Source: Candidatus Velthaea sp. (lineage in GTDB: Bacteria; Vulcanimicrobiota; Vulcanimicrobiia; Vulcanimicrobiales; Vulcanimicrobiaceae). Taken from it: a DNA stretch of 64,000 nucleotides. Positions 40,273 to 49,020 of this stretch are shown one piece after another. The DNA is taken from NCBI GenBank assembly GCA_050012475.1, contig JBEKHC010000002.1, positions 1 to 64,000 of the forward strand. Direction: 5' to 3'. Every line of letters starts with the position of its first letter. Positions within the stretch are counted from its first letter, which is position 1. Position numbers and translations under genes: made by a program. The notes below the pieces were generated by a model that had not been told where the DNA came from, made no database searches, and saw only the letters and a list, made by a program, of their open reading frames with translations.

Positions 40273-41300
40273 GACCAGGCGTTATCGCGGCGCAGGTCGT
40301 GCCGCTCGTGGATCGCGTCTTCGCGCGCCTCACGATCCCGCATCGGCAGATCGGTGCCAGCGTGTTCCGGCTCGTGTTGGGCAGCACGATCGCACTGCTC
40401 TATTTGCAAAACCTCGGTTGGCGGCGGTTTCTCTGGGGTCCGCACGGGTTGATCCCGTTCACGCACGCCGCGCAAATCGTCGCGGCATACGGGCCCAATC
40501 TGTACTTGGCGTCGCCGTCAGCGTGGTTCTTCGAGGCCGTGTTCTGGACGGGACTGGTGGCATCGATTGCGTTCGCTTGCGGGCGCTGGATCCCGGTCTC
40601 GACGCTGCTGTGCGCCGTGCTGACCTGGTGCCTCATTTACCGCGATGGTTTTCTAGGTGACGCTGGTTGGAATTTGGCGACCATCCTGCTCGTGTATGCG
40701 CTCGTGCTCGATTGCGGGCGCTATCTCGTCGCCGGAAAGTCCGGCGCTGCGCTGGTGCCGAGCGCCCGGCCGAATTTCCACTCGCGCGCCGCCGCGCTGC
40801 TGCACAACTTCGGCATCACGCTGGCGATCTGGCAAGTGAGCCTGCTCTACGGTACCTCGTGCTTTTACAAGATTACCGGGCACAAGTGGCAAGACGGAAC
40901 GGCGCTCTACTACATTCTGCGCAGCAATCAGTTCAATCTGTCTCCGCTGGGGCCGCATATCTACCACAGTGCCGCGCTGGTGTGCATTGCAACGTATGCG
41001 ACGCTGCTGCTGCAGGCGGCATTCCCATTCTGCATTTGGCAGCGCCCGGCCAAGTACGTCGTCGCCCTGGGGGCGATCGGCTTCCACGTCGGCATCGCCG
41101 TTACGATGGGGCTGCCGTTTTTCTCCCTCGTCATGATTTCGTGCGAAGCGCTCGTCTTTTCGGATGCGGAATATCGCCTGGCGGTCGGCGCGTTGCGCGC
41201 AGTCGGGCAGCGGTGTGACGCCGTTCGCGGTCGACTGTCGTTTGCCGGCGCACGGGCGGCGGCTGCCGCGGCCCTGCCGTCGGTACAGGATGGACGGTGA
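40269..41300 (+). CDS. HTTM-domain membrane protein (SdpB-like; vitamin K-dependent carboxylase-related fold)
   Basis: WGPHG, DAGWNL, LLHN, QVSLLY...KITGHKWQDGTALYY, FHVGIAVTMGLPFFS. Confidence 0.85.
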   Translation: MRPGVIAAQVVPLVDRVFARLTIPHRQIGASVFRLVLGSTIALLYLQNLGWRRFLWGPHGLIPFTHAAQIVAAYGPNLYLASPSAWFFEAVFWTGLVASIAFACGRWIPVSTLLCAVLTWCLIYRDGFLGDAGWNLATILLVYALVLDCGRYLVAGKSGAALVPSARPNFHSRAAALLHNFGITLAIWQVSLLYGTSCFYKITGHKWQDGTALYYILRSNQFNLSPLGPHIYHSAALVCIATYATLLLQAAFPFCIWQRPAKYVVALGAIGFHVGIAVTMGLPFFSLVMISCEALVFSDAEYRLAVGALRAVGQRCDAVRGRLSFAGARAAAAAALPSVQDGR

Positions 41301-44300
41301 TGCCGGCCGATGCGTTGCGGCGGCGAATAAGCGCGGCGGCTTTGGCGGCCGGGCTGCTGACGATCCTCATCGCGGGCATGACGATCGCGCCGGTGCGCGC
41401 TGAGAGCGGCGCCCAGCTGACCGTTCGCGTGATCGATCAGACATCGAAGCGGGGCCTTGCGCTGGCCCGCGTGATCCTCACGGGGCCCGTGCAGCGGCTC
41501 GGTTTCACCGATGACAACGGGTCGATCGCTTTTACCGATTTGCGCTCGGGCGTGTATCGGCTCGTTGCCGCCGCTGCCGGCTACCAATCCCAGACGTCGA
41601 GCATCACCGTCGCGCCGGATGCCGCTGTTAGCGCGGTCGCCGGACTCGCTGCGGCGGGCGCGCTCAAGACGATCGGCCGAGTCAGCGTACGTGAGAAGCG
41701 AAGCCTCGAAGTCGCCGACTTTGGTTCCGACGGCGCGATTCGGCGCACGCACGACTCGCTCGACGATGCGCTGCGGTTCGACCCGGCAGCGAGCGTCGGA
41801 CCGAACGGCGCGCTCGCGATCGCCGGCCAGCCAACGACCTCGGCCGGCGTGACGCTCGACGGGATACCGCTGGCGCAATCCGGTCTCGACCTGCGGCGGC
41901 TGGGCGCAGACCTCTTTTCTTCGCTGAGCGTGACACCGGGACCGGCAAACGGTGCGATCGCGGGCAACGTCGACTTGCGTCCGTTCGATCCGACGCTGCT
42001 GTTCCGCTCGGCGCTCACCACGCAATACGCAAGCGACGGCAGCAATCGATTCGCGACCGTTCTGAGCGGGACCAGCGGCAACGTCGGATACGCGCTCAGC
42101 GCGGCCCGTTCGCTGACGAGCGGACCACTCGACGGTCAGCGTTTTTTCGATGCCAGCGGCAGCGATTTCGTTCACGCGGATCGGACCTGGTCCGACGGCA
42201 TGCTGGCCAAGCTGCGGCTCGGGCTCACACCGTCTTCGAACCTCATGTTCACCGCGCTGCACACGACGACGCGGGCCACCGAAAGCTGCGCGCTCTTGAA
42301 TGACACGCTGCCATGCACGTACGGACCGGGCGCATCGCAGACCAGCAGCTTGGATGTTGCCGGCCTGACGTTCACGGGAGTCTACGGCAAGCTTTCGCTG
42401 ACGGCGACGCCCTACGTGAATCGCCGGCGCGAAGATCTCGCGTACCCGAACCAGATCGAGGCTGGTCTTGCGGCGCCGCAGAGCGGCTCGGTTGAAGCGT
42501 CGGCGGCCGGTGCCCGCTTTGCCGCCGACTTGGTCGGATCGAATGCCGTCGACTATCATCTCAGCGGGCTCGTCTCGCGATCGTCGCTGGTTTCGCAAGC
42601 CGTCGCGGTCGACTCAAATCTCGATTGGCAAGCCGATCACACCTACGACGATATCGCCGTCGGCGCCAGCGCGAAGCTGCGCCCGGGGCTGACCATCGCA
42701 CCGAATCTGCGCTTCACCCAAACCGACGCGACGCCGCACCTCGGGGCCGATGTCACCGTCCATTGGAAGCCGGCGCGCGACGATGCGGTCAATCTGGCGT
42801 ACGTGCCGCGCGCCTACGGTCTCGCAAATACGATTCCGCAGGCATTTTCTGCTCCGTCGGCGCTCGACTTCGACTGCGCCGACCACACGGCGATCGCACA
42901 CGCGGCGGGCGTATCGGCGGACGAGCCCGCGACGAGCGTGCTGCGCGTCAACTGGACGCACGAGCACCGGGCGACGAAAACGGTCGTTTCGGCCTTTCGC
43001 ACCAAACAAGTCAACGCGGTCGTCCCGACCTTCGTGAACCTCACGGGGCTCGCGACGAACCTCATTCCAGCCGGTTTTCTGGGCGCAGCGAACGCTGCGT
43101 TCACGTCGCCGTTCGCTTGTCCGGGCGCACCGCCGCTCTCCGCGTCCGACATTGCGGTGGCCGAGCCGGCAGTGCTCCCGGCGCAGACCACGCTGGGCGC
43201 TTCGATCGGCGAAGCCTTTCAACTCAATTCGTCGCTCGTCGTGATCCCAAGCTACAGCGCGACATACGCGCGCGCCGATCAAGTCGGCCCGCAATTCGCT
43301 GTGCCGCGGTCGGTGGTGACGGCCGGGCAGCAATTGCCCGGCGTGCCGATGCATCAGTGGTCGCTGCTCGCCGACTACAAGCGTCCCGGAAGCCGCCTGG
43401 AAGCCATTGCGTCGGTGACGCACACCGCGGCCAACAACGCGTATTTTCTCCCCGCCTACACGCTGATCGGAGCCGGCCTGAGCCTGCCGCTCGGCGCGGC
43501 CGATCTCCTGATCAGCGGTACGAATCTCACCAACGCGTTCGGCGGCGCATTTGCTTCGCCGGCGCTGGGTGTGCCGCTGGCCGTCAATCGCGGTGCGCCG
43601 CTGGCGGTGCCGGGATATCCGCTGCCGGGCCGGCGGATTGCGGTGGCCGTCCGTTTCGCCGTTGGAAGTTCCGCGCTGCGCGCCGGCGAGACCATCGCAC
43701 CGCTCACGACGCCGGCGGACGACGGCACGGTTCGGCGCTTCGATCTGTATTCGCTCCCCCAAACGCAGCCCAGCACGCCGGGCGTCGACGTCGACCCGGC
43801 CGCCCCGTCGTGCGTTCCCGAATCGCTTCGCGATGCACGCCGCATTTTGCATGCGATCGGCGCGTATACGGCGCGGCTCGCTGTCGCGGACCGGCGTGCC
43901 GCCGGGCCGTTCCCGCACATCGACGGCGTGACGATGACGCGTCACGATCTCGGCGATAGTTACGAACTGCGCTTCACCATGGACCCCCGCGCCACGCTGG
44001 CAGTGGCGCGCTGCGGCGCATTCACGTACGCCAACCGCGACCAAGCAACGCAAGTGGGATTGGAAGACCGTTTCGATCTCGCAAGTTGGCAACTCGATTT
44101 TCGCTACGCCCGGCAATTCGGATTGTTTCTCGTCGAGCGGCCCGAGAGCGTCGTTGCCCACGCGGTCCGCTCGGCGCTGCCCGCCGCGCCGCCGTCCGAT
44201 CCGTTCGCGACCGTCACCGGGGCGCAATGCCGGCCGGACCAAACGCCGGTCGCACGTGCGCTGCTGACGCGGCTGCGCGCCGGAATCGAGAGCACCCAAG

Positions 44301-44539
44301 CTTCCGACCCGGCTTTCACCATCGCGCGGCACGCGGCCGGCGCCGAGTCCTGGTACTCGGTGGAACTGCACGATCCACTGCTCGTGCAGCCGCTGCTGAA
44401 TTGCGCTGCGGTGGCATCGGCGTCGCGCGACGAACTGCGCCGCCGCGGCATCGACGGTGCAGCCTTGCCCGCCGTCAACTATGCGCAGCGCGTCGGCTGG
44501 TACGTCGTAGCGCATCCTACCGCAGGAGAAGGACAATGA
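41297..44539 (+). CDS. TonB-dependent receptor-like protein with N-terminal carboxypeptidase-regulatory-like domain and duplicated C-terminal extension
   Basis: Signal peptide; TDDNG...GVYRL...GY; plug-like LDGIPL, GAIAGNVDL; barrel-end-like NLTN...PGRRIAVAVRF; then about 290 extra aa. Confidence 0.7.
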   Translation: MMPADALRRRISAAALAAGLLTILIAGMTIAPVRAESGAQLTVRVIDQTSKRGLALARVILTGPVQRLGFTDDNGSIAFTDLRSGVYRLVAAAAGYQSQTSSITVAPDAAVSAVAGLAAAGALKTIGRVSVREKRSLEVADFGSDGAIRRTHDSLDDALRFDPAASVGPNGALAIAGQPTTSAGVTLDGIPLAQSGLDLRRLGADLFSSLSVTPGPANGAIAGNVDLRPFDPTLLFRSALTTQYASDGSNRFATVLSGTSGNVGYALSAARSLTSGPLDGQRFFDASGSDFVHADRTWSDGMLAKLRLGLTPSSNLMFTALHTTTRATESCALLNDTLPCTYGPGASQTSSLDVAGLTFTGVYGKLSLTATPYVNRRREDLAYPNQIEAGLAAPQSGSVEASAAGARFAADLVGSNAVDYHLSGLVSRSSLVSQAVAVDSNLDWQADHTYDDIAVGASAKLRPGLTIAPNLRFTQTDATPHLGADVTVHWKPARDDAVNLAYVPRAYGLANTIPQAFSAPSALDFDCADHTAIAHAAGVSADEPATSVLRVNWTHEHRATKTVVSAFRTKQVNAVVPTFVNLTGLATNLIPAGFLGAANAAFTSPFACPGAPPLSASDIAVAEPAVLPAQTTLGASIGEAFQLNSSLVVIPSYSATYARADQVGPQFAVPRSVVTAGQQLPGVPMHQWSLLADYKRPGSRLEAIASVTHTAANNAYFLPAYTLIGAGLSLPLGAADLLISGTNLTNAFGGAFASPALGVPLAVNRGAPLAVPGYPLPGRRIAVAVRFAVGSSALRAGETIAPLTTPADDGTVRRFDLYSLPQTQPSTPGVDVDPAAPSCVPESLRDARRILHAIGAYTARLAVADRRAAGPFPHIDGVTMTRHDLGDSYELRFTMDPRATLAVARCGAFTYANRDQATQVGLEDRFDLASWQLDFRYARQFGLFLVERPESVVAHAVRSALPAAPPSDPFATVTGAQCRPDQTPVARALLTRLRAGIESTQASDPAFTIARHAAGAESWYSVELHDPLLVQPLLNCAAVASASRDELRRRGIDGAALPAVNYAQRVGWYVVAHPTAGEGQ

Positions 44540-44967
44540 CGACCGACGCGTCCGCGGTGCTGATTTTCGATGCCGACTGTGGTTTGTGCGCGCGCTTCGT
44601 TGGCGGTGATCTCGTGCGCGCCGCGCGCATTCGCGCGGCCGGCTATCAGTCGATTGCGCGCGACCCTGCCGTCGTGCGCACGTTGCACGAGCACGGCCTC
44701 GACGTCGAACGCTGCGCCACCGCGATGGTGCTCGTCGCCAACGGCCGGGTGTGGGTCGGCGCGCGTGCGTTCAACGCACTTCTCGCCCGGGCCGGCGGGT
44801 GGCGTGCGTTGGCTGCCAGGCTGCTCGGGTGCCCGCTCCTGTTTCCCTTCGAGCTGTTCGCTTACCGGATCATCGCGGCCAATCGGCGCCGGATTTCAGG
44901 TTGGATCGGCGCACCGGTTTGTCTGCGCTCATGTCACGCACCGTTCGACACCCAAGGAGAGTCATAG
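44536..44967 (+). CDS. DCC1/DUF393 thiol-disulfide oxidoreductase
   Basis: LIFDADCGLC (DxxCxxC), YRIIAANR; ATGA overlap with the previous gene. Confidence 0.85.
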   Translation: MTTDASAVLIFDADCGLCARFVGGDLVRAARIRAAGYQSIARDPAVVRTLHEHGLDVERCATAMVLVANGRVWVGARAFNALLARAGGWRALAARLLGCPLLFPFELFAYRIIAANRRRISGWIGAPVCLRSCHAPFDTQGES

Positions 44968-44968
44968 C

Positions 44969-45379
44969 ATGTTCGCAATCGCCCTATCCGTTCTACTCGC
45001 CGCGCTCGAGCCGCAGGCCGTCACCCCGCAAACCGGACCAAGCCCGTCCGCGGCGGTGTCGCCGCCGGTCGACGATCCCCAGATTGCCGCGCGGGTGAAA
45101 GCGGAGTTCGTCGCGTGGCAGCAAGGCGCCATCGATCGGTCGTTGTATTCGCCGGCGTTCGGCGACCCCACCGACATGGTCGAGGCGATGAGCGCTCAGC
45201 TCAAGGGGCTCGGCCCGCTGCTTTCCACGACGGCTCGCTCGAGTTTGCGTCGGCAGGGCAGCACCATCTACGTCTACTCGCTGCGGTGCCGGAACGGAAA
45301 CGTCAAGATGCAGCTGGGGCTCGATGCGCGTGGAAAAATATCGGCAATTTCGTTCGAGCCTGAGGCCCCGCCGGCATAG
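44969..45379 (+). CDS. Small exported hypothetical protein (136 aa)
   Basis: AAGGAG SD, signal-like N-terminus, Pro-rich linker, LG.L...YVY...GKI C-terminal domain. Confidence 0.7.
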   Translation: MFAIALSVLLAALEPQAVTPQTGPSPSAAVSPPVDDPQIAARVKAEFVAWQQGAIDRSLYSPAFGDPTDMVEAMSAQLKGLGPLLSTTARSSLRRQGSTIYVYSLRCRNGNVKMQLGLDARGKISAISFEPEAPPA

Positions 45380-45532
45380 CAGCAGGGTTCAGCGCTTCGC
45401 GACGAGCCGCGCGTGGCGTTTGCGGCTCCGCCGCGAGCCGCGGTGGCGTTCGGCGCTGCAGGCCGACCGCGCGTGGCGTTTGCGGCTTCGCCGCAAGCCG
45501 CCGCCTTCGCGTTTGGGCTTCGCCCAAGCCCC
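45380..45532 (+). repeat. REP/BIME-like hairpin array, copy 3
   Basis: CAGCAGGGTT..., then TGGCGTTTGCGGCTCCGCCGCGAGCCGCGG-type units, between convergent genes. Confidence 0.85.
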
Positions 45533-45542
45533 AAGTCGCCGT

Positions 45543-47027
45543 TCAGGAACGCCGTTCGGGGCGCGCGTGGCGGAAGCCGTACAAGAAGTAAATCGCCAGG
45601 CCGATGATGAGCCAAACCACGAAACGCCACCAGGTGAATTGACCGAGGCCGACCGTGGAGAGAAAGAGCGAAAGCGCGATGCCGCACAGCGGAAAGAGCG
45701 GAACGAACGGTGAGCGGAACGGGCGCTCGAGTTCCGGCCGGCGGTAGCGGAGAAAAATTACGCCGGCACACACGATGATGAACGCGCTGAAGGTTCCGAT
45801 GTTGACCAGCTCGAGCAATGCGTCGAGCGGGACGATCAAGGTCAGCAGCGCGACGACGATGCCGGTGAGCATCGTCATGCGAACCGGTGTTTTGAAACGC
45901 GGATTGACGGCGGCGACGAACGGCGGGAGCATCCCGTCGCGCGCCATGACGTAGAAGATACGCGTCTGGCCGAGCAGCGAGGTCAAAGCGACGCTCGTCG
46001 TCCCGGTCAACACGCCGATCGTGATGATCCACGTGATGAGCGGATTGTGCAGCGGGGCCAGCGCCGCGACGAGCGCATTGTTTTGATCGACCTTCTGCCA
46101 GGGGACGATGGCGACGAGCACGATCGCTACCGTGCAGTAGATCAGCGTTCCGATGACGAGCGAGCCGAGCACGCCCACCGGGACGTCGCGGCTGGGATTG
46201 CCGCATTCCTCGGCGGTCGTCGTTGCCGCGTCGAAACCGATGTACGTGAAGAACACCAGCGCCGCCGCCGGAACGATGCCGTTCCCGCTCGCGCCGAAAG
46301 CGATCCGGCCCCAACCCAGCGGCGAGAACGGGTGCAGGTAGCTGGGATGAATGAGGCTCAGCCCGGCGATCACGAACACGGCGAGCGCGCCGATCTTGAG
46401 AATGACGAGCGCGTTGTTCGAGGTCGCGGTCTCACGGATGCCCAGCGAGAGTAGAACGGACAGGAGGAGCACGAACGCGCCGCCGATGAGATCGTACTGC
46501 GAATGCGCGAGGTCCCATTGCCCCACCGCCCACCAGGGACCGTGGGACACGAACTGCGCCTGCTGCAGCGCTTTGGGCAGCACGAACCCGAACGAACTCA
46601 ACGCGCTCTGAAGCGAGCCCGAAAACTGCTGCGCGACCGGCGCGGCGCTGATGCCGTATTCGAGGATCAAATCCCAGCCGATGATCCACGCGACGACTTG
46701 TCCGAGTGTCGCATAGGCATACGTATACGCGCTGCCGGCGATCGGGACCATCGAGCCCAGTTCCGCGTAGCACAGTGCGGCGAACATCGAAGCCAGCCCG
46801 GCCAGGAGAAACGAGATGATGATCGCCGGACCCGCTTTCGCCACGCCGGGGCCGATCGTGGTGAAGATTCCGCCGCCGATCATCGTGCCGAGGCCGATTG
46901 CGATCAGGTCGCGGCCGTTCAGCGCCCGGCGCAGCTGCATGCGCTGGCCGTCTTCGCGCAGCTGCTCGATCGACGCGGTTGCAAACAGTCGAGCTGCGAG
47001 ACTTGCCGGACGTGGCGTGATGGCCAT
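45543..47027 (-). CDS. APC family amino acid permease
   Basis: GTMIGGGIF, ALCYAEL, GSAYTYAY, YIGFDA, EECGNP, RPFRSP. Confidence 0.93.
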   Translation of the reverse strand: MAITPRPASLAARLFATASIEQLREDGQRMQLRRALNGRDLIAIGLGTMIGGGIFTTIGPGVAKAGPAIIISFLLAGLASMFAALCYAELGSMVPIAGSAYTYAYATLGQVVAWIIGWDLILEYGISAAPVAQQFSGSLQSALSSFGFVLPKALQQAQFVSHGPWWAVGQWDLAHSQYDLIGGAFVLLLSVLLSLGIRETATSNNALVILKIGALAVFVIAGLSLIHPSYLHPFSPLGWGRIAFGASGNGIVPAAALVFFTYIGFDAATTTAEECGNPSRDVPVGVLGSLVIGTLIYCTVAIVLVAIVPWQKVDQNNALVAALAPLHNPLITWIITIGVLTGTTSVALTSLLGQTRIFYVMARDGMLPPFVAAVNPRFKTPVRMTMLTGIVVALLTLIVPLDALLELVNIGTFSAFIIVCAGVIFLRYRRPELERPFRSPFVPLFPLCGIALSLFLSTVGLGQFTWWRFVVWLIIGLAIYFLYGFRHARPERRS

Positions 47028-47398
47028 GGATTGGCGATGTTTGCCCGTTCGCGGCGCTGGTCCTAGTGGGCTGCGCTGAAGCCGAGGGCATGGGCGAATG
47101 CTCGCTTCGGCCCGCAATCGTGGCCCGAGCGTCCGGTGCATGCGCGCGGCTGAAGCATGAAACGTGCATCGGAACGGGGTTCATTCGCCAACAACGTTTT
47201 CGTCGCGCGCGGCTTAGCCGCGATCTGCCGTGGCTGCGGTCTTTTGGGAAACGGCGTGCGCCGTTCGGTATTGCCGATGGCGGCGCCGGCCGTTGGTAGC
47301 CGATTGTAGCTTCGGCTACGTTCGCGCGCGGCGAGTTGCCGCCACGGCGTCGGTGTGTTACGGTTACGGCGAATTACACTCTCGTTGAGGAAGGAACT

Positions 47399-48115
47399 AT
47401 GCGCCTTTCACCAACTGCGATCATCGTCGCATTTGCCGCCGTCGTGCTTTCGAGCGGCGTTTCGTCCGCCGCGACGGTGACCATCGACGGCGCGCCCGTA
47501 ACCGGGACGATCCTCCACGAAGGCCACCTGATGGTCCCGTTTCGCGCGCCGATGCAGCAGATCGGTGCGACCGTCGTTTGGACGGATAAAGTTAAAACCG
47601 GCGTGGCGAGCGCGCAGGGACACGAACTCATCCGCACGGCAATCGGCTCGAAGACCGTCGTCATCAAAGGCGCGCCGAAAGTCATCACCGTGGCGCCCGC
47701 ACTCATCGAGCCGCAGCATCTCGAGTACATTCCGGTCGAAATTTTGCCGCAGATCTCGCGCGCGAAACTGACGTTCTCGCCGGACCGCAAATCGGCCGTC
47801 ATCACCAACTTCGATCTCGGTGGCGTGGCAGCGGCAGCAGCAGCTGCAGCCGCCGTTGTCGCTGCGGCCGCACCGGCTCCCACCGCGGCGGCGACAGCAG
47901 CACCGGCTCCCGTCGCCGCGGCTCCCGTCGTTGCGGCACCGGTTGGCGAACCCGTCGTGACGGACGCTTCGGGCTTCCCCAGTGTCGATCCGGACGGCAA
48001 GATCTTGCTGGTCTGGGTCTGGCTGCTGCCGATCAGCGCAGCGGTCGCGGGGTTCGCGTACTTTGCCGTCATCGGACAAGTCGAACGCAAGGGCCGTCGT
48101 AACCGCACCTTCTAA
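47399..48115 (+). CDS. Copper amine oxidase N-terminal (stalk)-like surface protein with Ala/Pro linker and C-terminal TM
   Basis: GHLMVPFR...IGATVVW, signal peptide, TM followed by a basic tail. Confidence 0.7.
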   Translation: MRLSPTAIIVAFAAVVLSSGVSSAATVTIDGAPVTGTILHEGHLMVPFRAPMQQIGATVVWTDKVKTGVASAQGHELIRTAIGSKTVVIKGAPKVITVAPALIEPQHLEYIPVEILPQISRAKLTFSPDRKSAVITNFDLGGVAAAAAAAAAVVAAAAPAPTAAATAAPAPVAAAPVVAAPVGEPVVTDASGFPSVDPDGKILLVWVWLLPISAAVAGFAYFAVIGQVERKGRRNRTF

Positions 48116-48157
48116 TCGCGGCGCGATCGTTATCCCCGAATTCTTATCCCCAAAAGT

Positions 48158-48196
48158 GAGAAGTGCGGCCTAATTCATCGGGGCCGCTCTTCTTTT
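48158..48196 (+). terminator. Probable intrinsic terminator
   Basis: GCGGCC...GGCCGC stem followed by TCTTCTTTT. Confidence 0.5.
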
Positions 48197-48267
48197 GTGC
48201 TTCGATTGAAGAGGTATTGGCGAACGAGCCGTTCGTAGTAGCCGTCATACATCGTTCGTTCGCTCTC

Positions 48268-48711
48268 ATGAGGTATTTTGTGAAACAGTTTTTTGCGACG
48301 CTGCTGTGCGGCGCGCTTTTCCTGTGCGGCCCGGCCGCGACGCTCGCGCAAACCGCTGCGACCGCGGCCGCTCCCGCCGTGACGTCGTGCCCCACCGGTT
48401 CGAAACTCGTCGAAGGTTACACCAAAAAGAACGGCACGGTCGTTGCCGCGCACTGCAAGAAATCGCACGGAAAGAAATCGAGTGCGATGGGCGCAGCAAC
48501 GTCCGGGACGGCTGCGGGTACCACGTCCGCCGGCACCGCTCCCGCAGTTGCGGCACCTGCCGTTGCTGCTCCGGCCGCGTCGGCGGCCGCTCCCGATCCC
48601 GCTGCGACGACCTGTCCCGCCGGCAAAACGTACGTGCACTCGTACACCACGAAAAAAGGCAAGACGGTCGCGGGCTACTGCCGCAAAGCGCATAAGAAGG
48701 CCAGCAGCTGA
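48268..48711 (+). CDS. Secreted small protein with two Cys-bounded basic repeats
   Basis: CPTGSKLVEGYTKKNGTVVAAHC and CPAGKTYVHSYTTKKGKTVAGYC; start at 48268 or 48280. Confidence 0.75.
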   Translation: MRYFVKQFFATLLCGALFLCGPAATLAQTAATAAAPAVTSCPTGSKLVEGYTKKNGTVVAAHCKKSHGKKSSAMGAATSGTAAGTTSAGTAPAVAAPAVAAPAASAAAPDPAATTCPAGKTYVHSYTTKKGKTVAGYCRKAHKKASS

Positions 48712-49020
48712 CCGACGGATCCGCGACGTGCGCCCGCTCGACGCCGGCTGAGCTCCGCGAGCACGGCGTGACGTGCCCGCGGCCGCTTCGGCCCGGCACG
48801 ACGCCTCGGCCGGCGGGGCTTCGGCCGCTGCCCGGGTCACAGAACACCAGGGGCGCTTCGGAGCCGCAGCGTGTTTCCTCCGCTGCCTTGTCGAAGACGC
48901 CCGCCGCGAGGGAATGGTGTTCCTTTCGCAGGTGAGGGACACGATGAGCAGAGAGCTGCGGGGCGTCTTCGCGCATCCGGGAACACCCGCCGCCTCGCGA
49001 CGACCGTGCCTTCGTGCGTG

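Noticed and set aside
48130..48152. Two TTATCCCC(G/A) motifs resembling DnaA boxes
   Set aside because: Only two mismatched copies, with no AT-rich unwinding element or dnaA context.
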